Translations under genes and position numbers: made by a program
NCBI RefSeq assembly: GCF_001194135.2
Contig: NC_068994.1
Coordinates: 6,629,731-6,693,730 of the forward strand
Origin: Octopus bimaculoides
Taxonomy: Eukaryota
DNA: 64,000 bases
Direction of reading: 5' to 3'
Shown here: piece after piece, positions 51,779 to 63,700 of the stretch
Layout of the letters: each line of letters starts with the position of its first letter
How positions within the stretch are numbered: position 1 is the first letter of the stretch
Notes under the pieces: generated by a model
What the model saw: only the letters and a program-made list of their open reading frames with translations
What the model was told of the DNA's origin: nothing
The model's database searches: none

Positions 51779-54700
51779 TTTCTTTTCTATTTGTTTTTCT
51801 GAGAAGTAGAGAGTGAGTTGTAATTATGATTGTAATTAAGAACGTGTGACTAGGCTTGAATGCTTGCAACAGAGTGGACCTGTGAACTCTGTTGAAGGCA
51901 CCCAGACTTGGTGATGGATTCAAGTCTACCACTCAAGTAAGAGTGGGTGGGTGGATAGGTGGAATCTGAACCCAGAATACAATGAATTGAAACAAAAAAC
52001 ACAAGGCGTTTGGTCCAACATTCTTACAGTTTCGCTAATCTTTTGTCCTGTATTGGTACTTTAAAAGAATATTTTTATTGACCCTGAAAAGATGCAAGGT
52101 AATATTGGTTTCAAATTTTAGCACAAGGCCAGCAGTTTCAGGGGAGGAGGTAAATCAATCCCATTGACCCCAGTATGCAACTGGTACTTATTTCATTGAC
52201 CCCAAAAGGACGAAATGCAATGTGGGCCTTGGTGGAATTTGAACTCAGAACGTAAAGACAGATGAAGTGTCGCTAAGCATTTAGCCCAACGAGCTTATGA
52301 TTCTGTCAGTTCACCCCGATGTGTCACACAAATTGGCATGTAAATGCACCCCGGTGTCACGCAAATGGCACCCGTGTCGGTGGCACATAAAAGCACCCAT
52401 TACACCCTCGGAGTGGTTGGCATTAAGGAAGGGCATCTAGCCATAGAAAACCACGCCAGATCAGACTGGATCCTGACGCAGCCTTCCAGCATGCCAGCCC
52501 AAACTGTCCAACCCATGCCAGCATGGACAACAGACCTTAAATGATGATGATATACAGTCATTGAGAAACACTGCTTCAAGTGACTGCTACCATCCTGTGG
52601 TAGTGTTTCTTAAATCAGATTTAATATGCATAGACACTCACACACAAATAAAATACTCAATAACTTATACAGTAGTCTGGGTAATGCTGAAGGCCATTGC
52701 TTCACATAGTGACACTGACAAGTAAGTTGCTGTTGCAGTATTCCTCAGTTAACATTTAACACACACACACTATACCAGCAATATAGATACTGTCTCATAT
52801 ACATACATACACTCACACACTAGCAGCCAAAGACTGTCTGTTTTTCTCTCACACACACAATTATGTCTACTCACAAACCACAATTCAATATTTATCTTCA
52901 TCAACAGACACTGTTGCTGTTGGGAAATATCAACTATCACAATAAACTTTCAGGGAGCCTGTCTTTACAATGACAACCTAGACTTTCCCCATCTCTACTT
53001 CAACAGTTCTTTGGTCACAGCAATTAAAAACATACACAAAAAACGAGGGGGGTGTTAAAAAAAAAGATCACTTGTTTTTTACTTACAGATTTCACCATTG
53101 ATGTATTGTCACCATCAGAGTGTTTGACAAGGATATCCAGCAGTTTCTTGGATACTTCGGAGAATCGGCTGATGAGGACAGCCTCAGGGACCCTAAATTC
53201 AAGAAGAGGGGTGAGAGGAAATGTAAAGGGCTTTAGGGATTTACGTTTTGGTGTGTAGATTGTTAGCATATATATATACACCTTCACACACACACATATA
53301 GAAGAATAAAGAGTAAAAGTAGGTAGAATACAGGCAGGAGAATAAGGTTCACAAGTCATTATTCTCCTGCCTATATTCTTCTAACTACTTGTACTTTATT
53401 CTATTTATTCCTTATAAACTGTGAATTCTCCCCGTCTGAAATATTCATACTCTGTCTCTGATGATGGAATACCCAGTGCATGGACATGCTAACCAATCAC
53501 TTGGGTTATCCCAGAAACAGCTGTAAGACTTCAAATTCACCTTACCCTAATTAAAATATTCTAAATGATTTGAGATACTCGTTTTGCCTTGGTTTTGATT
53601 TTTCCTTAATATATACCGACTATAATGGAACCCTAGATCCAGCCTTATTTGTGATCTTGGAACCTAACGGTCGACTAACTACAGTACTTACCCAGCGTAC
53701 CTATTCGTTTAGATCACAAGTGAACTAAACTTCTCATAATCTTTATATTATTATATATATGTATGTAAGAGGTAGACAGTGATACAGCTTATCAGATAAA
53801 GAGAGATATTTAAAGCAAGTGCAACACAGTAAGAAGAAGAATAAAGCAATGAAGTGGAAATCTTACTTGCTGATCACAACACCAAGAAGATAAAGTGTGG
53901 CTGTGAGTCCATCCTCAATGTCCATTGTATCAAGAGCAGTGATCTGGAAATGTAAACAGTTACATGTATTTACTTAATTATCCACTAAGTTGCAGGAACT
54001 TAATTGAAATTTTAACCCTTAAACTATGTAACTCAATTTCATGGTTATTCCCATAGTGATGTTAAATATCTACAAAAACATAGAATTGGGTTTCTCTACA
54101 TAACTGAAATGACCATGAAATTTAATTTTGCAGTTAAAGGGTTAACATCCATTTTTGCCATGCTAGCATGTGTTAGATGAGTTATCTTATAGATTGATAT
54201 ATACATATACACTTTTACTTGTTTCAGTCATTTGACTGTGGCCATGCTGGAGCACCGCCTTTAGTCGAGCAGATCGACCTCGGGACTTATTCTTTTTAAG
54301 CCTAGTACTTATTCTATTGGTCTCTTATTGCCGAACCGCTAAGTGACGGGGACATAAACACACCAGCATCGGTTGTCAAGCAATGCTAGGGGGACAAACA
54401 CAGACACACAAACATACATACACATATATACGACGGGCTTCTTTCAGTTTCCGCCTCCCAAATCCATTCACAAGGCTTTAGTCAGCCCGAGGCTATAGCA
54501 GAAGACACTTGCCCAAGGTGCCACGCAGTGGGACTGAACCCGGAACCATGTGGTTGGTATGCAAGCTACTTACCACACAGCCACTCCTATATATATATAT
54601 AAATATAATACAGTAGAAAGCTGTCTTATATATCAATCGGTCACTTGCTTAGTCCGTGAATCAAACCCATGGTCACTTGCTTAGTCCGTGAATCAAACCC

Positions 54701-57700
54701 ACGGTCACTTGCTTAGTCCATGAATCAAACCCACGGTCACTTGCTTAGTCCGTGAATCAAACCCACGGTCACTTGCTTAGTCCGGGAATCAAGTCCACGG
54801 TCGCTTGATCATGAACTTAACACCCTAACCATTAGGCCACATGCCTTCACATAAGCATAATTAGTGGCATAGAAACATAAGTGTAAATGTAGACATCTTG
54901 GACTTACCAAAGCTGCAAAGTACTCCGTGTCCGTTTCTTTACCATTGTTCTCTTTGATCACTTCGGTGACAGCAGCAAGCACGGCAGCAATCTGCCAAAT
55001 AAAGAACACAAGACATCGGTCAAGAAATTCTTGAAGCAACAATAATAGTAATCCTTTCTAATTAGAGGCACAAAACCTGAAATTTTAAGGGAGAGGTTTT
55101 AGTTGAGGACATCGACCCCCCACCCCAACGGGGTTCAACTGGTGTGTAATTTATCGACCCTGAAACTGATGAAAGGCAAAGTCGACCTGGATGGAATATG
55201 AACTCAGAATGTAAGGATGGATGAAATGCTGTTAAGCGTTTTGTATGGCGTGCTAATGATTCTGCCAGCTCACCACCTTAACGAGAATAACAATAGCCCT
55301 TTCTACTACAGGCACAAGACCTGAAATTTTGGGAGAGGGGGCTAGTTGATTACATTGACCCCCGAAAAGGATAAGGCAGAGCGGACCTCGGCAGAATTTG
55401 AACCCAGAATGTAAAAATGGATGAAACACAGATAAGCATTTTCGTCGGTGTGCTAACGACATTACTGGCTCAGTGCCTTAATAATAATAATAATAATAAT
55501 AATAATGATGATGATTTCAAATTTTAACACAAGGTCAGTAATTTCAGGGGAGAGTGTAAGTTGATTACAATCAACGCCAGTACACAACTGGTACTTACTT
55601 TATTGACCCTGAAAGGATGAAAAACAAAGTTGACCTTGGCAGAATTTGAACTCAGAGCATGGAGACAGGTGAAATATTAATAAGCACCCTGCCCCACATG
55701 CTAACGATTCTGCCAGCTCACCACCACCATAATAATAACAAGCAACACCAATGTCCTCTCAATGATTAGCCAGAGATGATTTTTAAAAGGAATATATCTG
55801 ACATAAGCTCGACTGCTCTCACAAGCGAGAATAATAAAAATGAACCTGACTGCTCTCAACAATTAAGTAAAAAAAACAGGAAAAATAATCCAGAATCTTT
55901 GTCCGGTACCACATCGATCCCAAAATCTAATCAGTCCATGCCAGTCATGAGGTCAAACATCCTTGAAAGTTTCATCCGAATCCATCCAGTGGTTCTTGAG
56001 ATATCTTGTCCATGGACAAACAAACACAACTGAAAACAATACCTCTGCCTTCGTTAAAGCGGTGGCAATAATGGTTTCTAATTTTGGTACAAGATCACAA
56101 ACCATGAAAGGTAATACAATGCTGCTAGTCATTAATATTTTCTCTGGCTTCTGAATTCCATTAATGTTCTGCAATGCTAAAAATAATTATAGAGTAACAA
56201 TGCAATCACAAACTTGGTGGACAGATGCAGGTATATAGAGGTTGGCTAGATGGGTTTACATAATTAATAACAGAACAAAGAACAAAAATAATCCATTATC
56301 AATATTTTTCCAATCATGAAAGATAAGCTGTGTTAGTTGTGATATCTTCATGGTTTCCCTTGGAGATTCTACCATTTCTGTGGTGGTGGTGGTGGTGGTG
56401 GTGGTGTGTTGCTGTGAGGATTAGCAGGATTCAGTAGTGTGTGGCAGTATAGGTGGTGCTGGAGATTAAAGGTTAGCAATAACATTTAGAAACAGTACTT
56501 CAGGAGATCAGATGATTAAGGGCTGACAAAGAAGCTGGTGATGTCAGCCCGTTGATAACATTATCTGGATTAACAAAAGTACTTCATCATCATCATTTAA
56601 CGTCCGCTTTCCATGCTAGCATGGGTTGGACGATTTGACTGAGGACTGGTGAAACCAGATGGCTACAGCAGACTCCAATCTGATCTGGCAGAGTTTCTAC
56701 AGCTGGATGCCCTTCCTAGTGCCAACCACTCAGAGAGTGTAGTGGGTGATTTTACGTGCCAGTCCGGTGGTACTGGCAACAGCCACGGTCAGATGGTGTT
56801 TTTTATGTGCCAGCTGCACAGGAGACAGTCCAATATTTTGTTCACGTGCCACCAGCACAAGTGCCAGTGAGGTGAAGCTGGAAATGATCACGCTCAAATG
56901 GTGCTTTTTACGTGCCACTGGCACGGAAGCGAGACCGCTGCTCTGGCAGTGATCCTGCTCGGATGGTGCTGTCAGCGCTCCACTGGCACGGGTGCCAGTC
57001 ATCGAATTTGGTTCAGTGAGGATGAATAAGATCAATATACACTCAGTATTTTGTTTGTATTCCCAGTCCATATATAATCTTTCCCAAAGCTATAATTCAA
57101 ACCATTTATCACAAAGAGTCTATTTAACCCTTTAGCATTCAGATTGTTTTGAATTACTCGTGCTCAAAATGGCTTTCAACAGTGTTTTTTTCTTTGAATA
57201 TTGGAAAAGAGTTACCTCTATCATGATGATTCACAACAGATATCGAAATGCTGACACCAGGATAGCTTCTCCATGTTTTGTAAACGCTGTAAGACGTGAC
57301 ATGGGACAGCAAGAGAGACTGCAAAGCTGTGGCCAGCAGGGAAGGACACAGCAGGCATTCTGACTGCATCTGCACATCAGAATTTATCCAACAACTGCAG
57401 GACAAGGTGATGGAAAATCCAAGCAAGGGAATCCAGGGTCTGGTGAGAGAGATGGGTGCTAAAGTTGCCAACATGAAACTGGCCCTGAATGAGGACCTTT
57501 GCTAACATTCCTACAAAAAGGCACAAAAGACAAATTCTGACAGCCAAGGAGAACCACTTGATGAAAGCAAAGAAGGTTCTGAACAAGCTGAGACATCTAG
57601 CTGAGCTGGGGGTCCTTCTCAGATGAAAAAAAATTCTACCGGGACCAGTTGAACAACATCCATAACAACAGGTGGCTTGCCTACAATCCTCGTGATGCCT

Positions 57701-60700
57701 CACATCTGAAAACCAAGTTCCACCAAACTGTGATGATCTTTGAGTGGGTCTCCAGTAAAGATGATGTCATGCTGTTCCTCATCTTTTGACAGGGCCTTGG
57801 GCTACATTCTGGCAGTTATGTGAAACCCTGGCTGGAGAGGGTTACTACTGGAAGGCCATATGCGTGACAGCAAGATTCTGTTCCTTTTAAGGTGGCGAGC
57901 TGGCTGAAACGTTAGGACACCGGGCGAAATGCTTAGCGGTATTTCGTCTGCCGTTACGTTCTGAGTTCAAATTCTGCCAAGGTTGACTTTGCCTTTCAGC
58001 CTACTGGGGTTGATATAACCGACTTAATCCCTTTGTCTGTCCCCTCTATGTTTAGCCCCTTGTGGGCAATAAAGAAATAAAGATTCAGCTCCTTGCCATA
58101 CTTCTGGAAAGAGTCACATATTTATGGTTGTCGAGAGTTTCTATGACTTCACCAGCCCCAATTTCTGATCTCATAATTCCTCTGATTGTAACCCTAGGCA
58201 GCATGGTTGAGAAAGAACCAACTGTTCTGCTTACAACACCTAGGCTAAGCTGGTGGCCAAGATGAAGAAGGTGTTCGAAGATCTTCCCAGGGACACAGTG
58301 AGGAATACATGTGCCAGGTTCTGGAGTTGTCTTAAGGCCATGGTGGAAGCTGAGCAGTGGCTACTTCTTGTAAACTTATCTCCCAGCCATAATCTAGTTG
58401 ATATCTTTTGATTCTTTAAAAAACTTTTATTTTTGGACAGGATATTGTGTATTTTTTTTCCCCTTTTAATGCAAAAAGTCAAATCTAGTCTGAACATCCT
58501 GTATAATTGATTTATCCAAAGACAACTCACTATAATTACTTCCTCTGTTCTACACTGTGTAAATCCTTCCAAGCTACTTGCTGAAACCATATCACTAATT
58601 ACCTGATGACTGGAAGGCGGACGTTAAACGATGATGATGAGGGTTTAGTGTGAATAGTTCCTTTGTCCCTTTAACCCTTTAGCGTTCAGATTATTCTGTC
58701 AAATCGGTCCTTATTTATTCACATTGTTTTGAACTACGCATGTATCTAGTAAGCATGTATATTTTTTGAATGATATCATAGGATAAGCACAAGAGGTAGG
58801 ATCTGGGCTATTTTGAACATAAAACAGGCAGAATATTTGGGTTGAATATAGCTGGTTCAAATGCTATAGACTTTTTTTTTTTCTTTTACGTGTTCTTAAA
58901 GTAACAACATTCCCCTTTGATGCAAGAAGAAGCTCAATTATATTAGCAAATTTTGGGACAGACTGGCCCTAATAGTTTATCAAGTCTAAATATTTTTTCA
59001 ATTTGATTTTCTTTTTCTTGATTTAGGGAAACTAATCTGTTGAAATTTCAGAGATATCCAACAAGTGATTTCATCTGAGGTTGTGTGTTGAAACTAAAGA
59101 AATTACAGCATGGAAGACATACGTTAGCCATTCAACAGCTCCACTGACAGTGACTAAGTTGTAGGTGGTGCGACGGATATTATGATAAAAAGCAATAAAT
59201 ATGGATATTCAGCATTTTTAATATTAAAAGGTGGTGAGCTGGCAGAAACATTAGCACACTGGGTGAAATGCTTAGAGGTATTTCATTTGTCTTTACGTTG
59301 TGAGTTCAAATTCCGCCGAGGTTGACTTTGCCTTTCATCCTTTCGAGGTCGATAAATTAAGTACCATTTACATACTGGAGTTGATCTAATCGACTGGCCC
59401 CCTCTCCCAAAATTTCGGGCCCTGTGCCTAGAGTTGAAAAGAATTGAAAGGCTCAATTCAATGAAGGAGTAATTTCATCTTATTTCGTCAATTTATTCTG
59501 GCCTCTACAGAGATGAAACTACGTATTTTTGGTAGCTAATACCTTTCAATATAGACTAATACTTGGTGACCATTAGTGCTAGTGCCACATAAAAAAACGT
59601 CTAGCCATAGAGACCACATCGAAGGTGCATGGTTTAGTGGTTAGGGTATTCGGCTCATGATTGTAAGATCACGAGTTCAATTCCCAGTGATGTGTTGTGC
59701 CCTTGAGCAATACACTTTATTTTTCACGTTGCTCCAGTTCATTCAGCCAGCAAAAATGAGAAGTACCTCTATTTCAAAGGGGCCAACCTTGTCACATTTT
59801 GTGTTATGCTGAATCTCTCTGAGAACTACTTTAAGGGTACATGTATCTGTGGAGGGCTCAGCCACTTGCATATTAATTTCATGAACAAGCTGTTCTGCTG
59901 GTTGGAACAACTAGAACCCTTGCTGTTGTAACCAACAGAGTGTCAGTTATAGAAACCAGGCCAAAGCAGACATTTGTTGTTTGGTGCAGTCCTCTAACCC
60001 ATGCCGGTATGGAAAATGGATGTTAAACGATGAGGAGAATGACCCTGCAAAATGTCAGAAAATGTAGTTGCTATATTTAAGCTATATTTACTCCCAAGGA
60101 ATTGGTGGGTCCAGGTTTATAATGGAAGACAATTTCCTAAGGAAACACACAGCGGAATTGAACCCAAAACAAAATGATTGCAAAGCATGCTTCTTAACCA
60201 CACGGCCATGCCGATGCATATTGAAGGAATTTTGTTTCTAAAGCAAATAGCTGATACAACAATTATAGTATTACAGCCTTTACTGGTGGTAAATAGGCCA
60301 GAAACTTAGTAGCAGGATGTGCCCTTTAGAATATCTGCATTGATTAACCTAAAGATATAAAAGACTGAGGTGAAGTGCTCAGTTTGCTTTCTAAAGTTGT
60401 GAATTGGTGGAGTTGTAACCTGGCTAGACACAAATGCCTTGCCATATTTGTTTACTGCTTCTCAACCACATGATTCTGGGTTCATTCCCACTGCACGGTA
60501 CCTTGGGCAAGTGTCTTCTACTGCAGCCTCAGTCCGAACAAAGTCTTGTGAGTGGATCTGGTAGATGGAAACTGAAAGAATCCTGTGTGTGTGTGTGTTT
60601 CTTTGTGCCTGTATTTGACAACCAGTGTTGGTGCATAACATTGCAGTTTGGAAAAAGAGATTGATAGAATAAGTACCAGGCTTTAGGAAAAACAAGTATT

Positions 60701-63700
60701 GGGGTTGATTCATTCAACAAAAAGAAATTCTTCAAGGTAGAGCCCCAGCATGGCCACATTCTAATGACAGAAATAAGTAAATTGAAAAAGATAAAAAATA
60801 CTTTAGGTATAAACTACAGTTTGATAATTGTTCCATGACTTATTACTTGGCTGAGGGCTTCAAAATCAGAAGAACTGCTTTAATTGGTAGAAATAACTGC
60901 TTAAATTTCTTTGAATAACATTCTGCCGTTTTAAGAAAAATAAAAAAAATGATACACTGGTTAATGAAGTCCTAGATATATTGTGTCTGAATAAAAGACA
61001 TTACTGGGATACTTCTGGTCAGAGGTTTGTGCATCTGACATAGAGGTTAACACAACAGTAATGGCAACAACATTTAAGCAAGGTTCAGACAGTTTGACTG
61101 GAGCTGGTAGCCAGAGAGCTGCACCAGGCTCCAGCTGTCTGCTTTAGCATGGTGTCTATGCCTCCACGCCCTTCCTAATGCCAACCACTCCACAGAGTAT
61201 ACTGGGTGTCTTTTATGCGTCATCAGCAATGGCCATGGCCATGATTTCACTTAGCTTGACATGTCTTCTCAAACACAACAAATCGTCAGAAGCCTTGGTC
61301 ACTTGTCATTGCTTCCATGAGACTCAACAACCAAAGATATTTCACCACCTTGTCCAACATCTTCCTGGATCTACCTCTTCCACTGGTTCCTTCCACAATT
61401 GGAGATTGGCACATCTTTATATAGCTGTCCTTGTCCATAGGCATTACATGACCATACCAGCAGTCTTCTCTCTTGCACACCACACACACAAATTTGAATT
61501 GTCTTTGCCATCCATTTGCCCAGTTTTCTCCATTGACATGAGAGAATTTATACTCAATACCTGTAATAGAGATATTGAATACAACACATCTCATGTAAAG
61601 GATATGACCTACATGCACGAGACAAACATGTACCACAAAAGCTGTACGACACACATGCACAACACAAGAGTATTTATAAAATAATTCATGTGTCAAGGGT
61701 TATACATGTTTATTTCTCACATCAAGAGAATAATTTACTAGTTTTTTGGGCGACAAAGCTTACAAAAAAAAAAAAAGAAAAGAAAAAAAAAAATCATGTA
61801 GGATCTTTTTGGCTTGGAACTACCTCTTGAGTTTACTGGAAATTTCTACACAGGTATGGCTTACTTTGCAAATATGTGCTTTCAAGTTCAGTCCCACTGT
61901 GTGGCACCTTGGGCAAGTGTCTTCTAATATAGTTCCAGATGACCACTGCCTTCTAAGTGAATCTGGTAGACAGAAACTGCGGAAGCGTGTCTTTGTGCTT
62001 GCTACCCCAACTGACAATTGGTGTTAGTTTGTTTAAGCCACAGTTAGTAATTTGGAAAAAAAAAAAACTGATAGAATAAGCACCAAACTTAAAGAACGAA
62101 AATGGAAAAACAGACAATAAATAATGATGATTACAAAATCACTGATGCTGAAAATAATGAAAGAAACTAATAAACTAATGTATTGCAAATAAATTTTGCA
62201 ATACATTACAAACCATAACCCATAGATGATTTCAGGTGGTCACTATATGATTCTGTAGTATATATGTATGCATGTATACACACACAAATAACACTGTCTG
62301 CTGGATGATAAGAATGGATAAAATCCCCCCACCCCCGCCACCACCAAATTCTATTTTTAAAGGTCACCGATTATTTCTATCAATTTCTTCAAAAACTGAA
62401 ACTAGTTGCGATATTCATTAACTGGCATGAAAAACTACATCCATGTAGAAATTCTCGATAAAACCGAAAGAGATATTCAAACCAAGAAGATCGTCACAAC
62501 ATAATAATGTCAGATAGCAAATAGCCATGAACATAAAACTACCAATATGAGAGAAAGAAGGTTTGAAAATGCTGATGTGAAACAATCCTTAGGTGTCTTT
62601 GTCAAAGTTCTAGGGGTTCAATGAAAAAAAAATGCCAGCCAAGTTGGTCAGAGAGGGGCTTTTTTTTTTAATCATTATTAACTGACGTTCTTCCATATCA
62701 CTCTTCTCAGCGCCTGTACAAACTAGAGAGGATTTAGTTCCGTAATTACATCATAACCGAGACCACGAATCTTGGTTTCAAGAAAACCACATTCCAAAAC
62801 GTGCGGAGAAAGAGAGAGAGATCAACGAATTGTTATTTTTACACAACACACACTGTTAGCAATGTCATTTTCAATTCATTTTCCATGCATCAAATGCTAT
62901 CAAGGGAGATAACTATTCAGTGTGTACAACTCCGCCAGGCACGAACTCCTGACGTGATCAATTTAAGAGTATAAATTTACGTATTTTAACACTTCTCTGT
63001 ATACTTGAAAACCACGACGTTCGTATTCGATAAGGAATCAGGGTTTTGTTGATACAAACAGATATACTGGCTCGGCATAGATAACATTACTGGTGCCCTG
63101 TTTCATTTACCAATCATATCACCCAAGCACAGAGAATGCCTGTCTTTTTTGTTACCCCATCAAGTGTCCTGTTATTCTCGGCGGTGAAACTATTGGGTAA
63201 AGAAGAAAAGTACAAGTTGTTTTTTTGTCTTTTTTTTTTTTTTTTTTTGAAATTTAAAAAATTTCCTTCTTGAAGTTAGCCATCACTCATTTCAGCTTCA
63301 CTCTCGCTAACCACATCGTTAGAATAGCTCTCGGCTTCGCTGGCCAAATATTCATCACCACTGTCCAGGATTAATATAGAATTATCAGAATCACTTTCTT
63401 CCTCTTCTTCGTCATCCTCCTCCTCCTCCTCGTCATCCTCATCTTCATCCCCACTGCTGTCATCATCATCATCATCGTCCTCATTGTCACCATTATCAGC
63501 CGAGCCATTGTTGCCAGCGTCACCACCAAAGGTGTCACCCTCACCAATCATATCACCAAATCCACCGATTGTCCAGCCATCATCATCTACATTGCCGCCA
63601 AAATGTGGTCCAATGTTGACATAGATAGTAGAAAACACACTGCATCTTACCTCTTTGCTGACAGCGTCACCGTTTGCCCTCAACCTGTGCACATTTCCAA

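Noticed and set aside
54638-54797. CRISPR-like 32-bp repeat array
   Set aside because: Units are contiguous with no spacers, the context is eukaryotic, and the unit derives from a SINE.
14390-56870. Recurrent [37 protein letters not shown] (14390, 21130, 33180, 56649)
   Set aside because: Antisense translation of the family A/RTE 3'UTR repeat; not a gene family.
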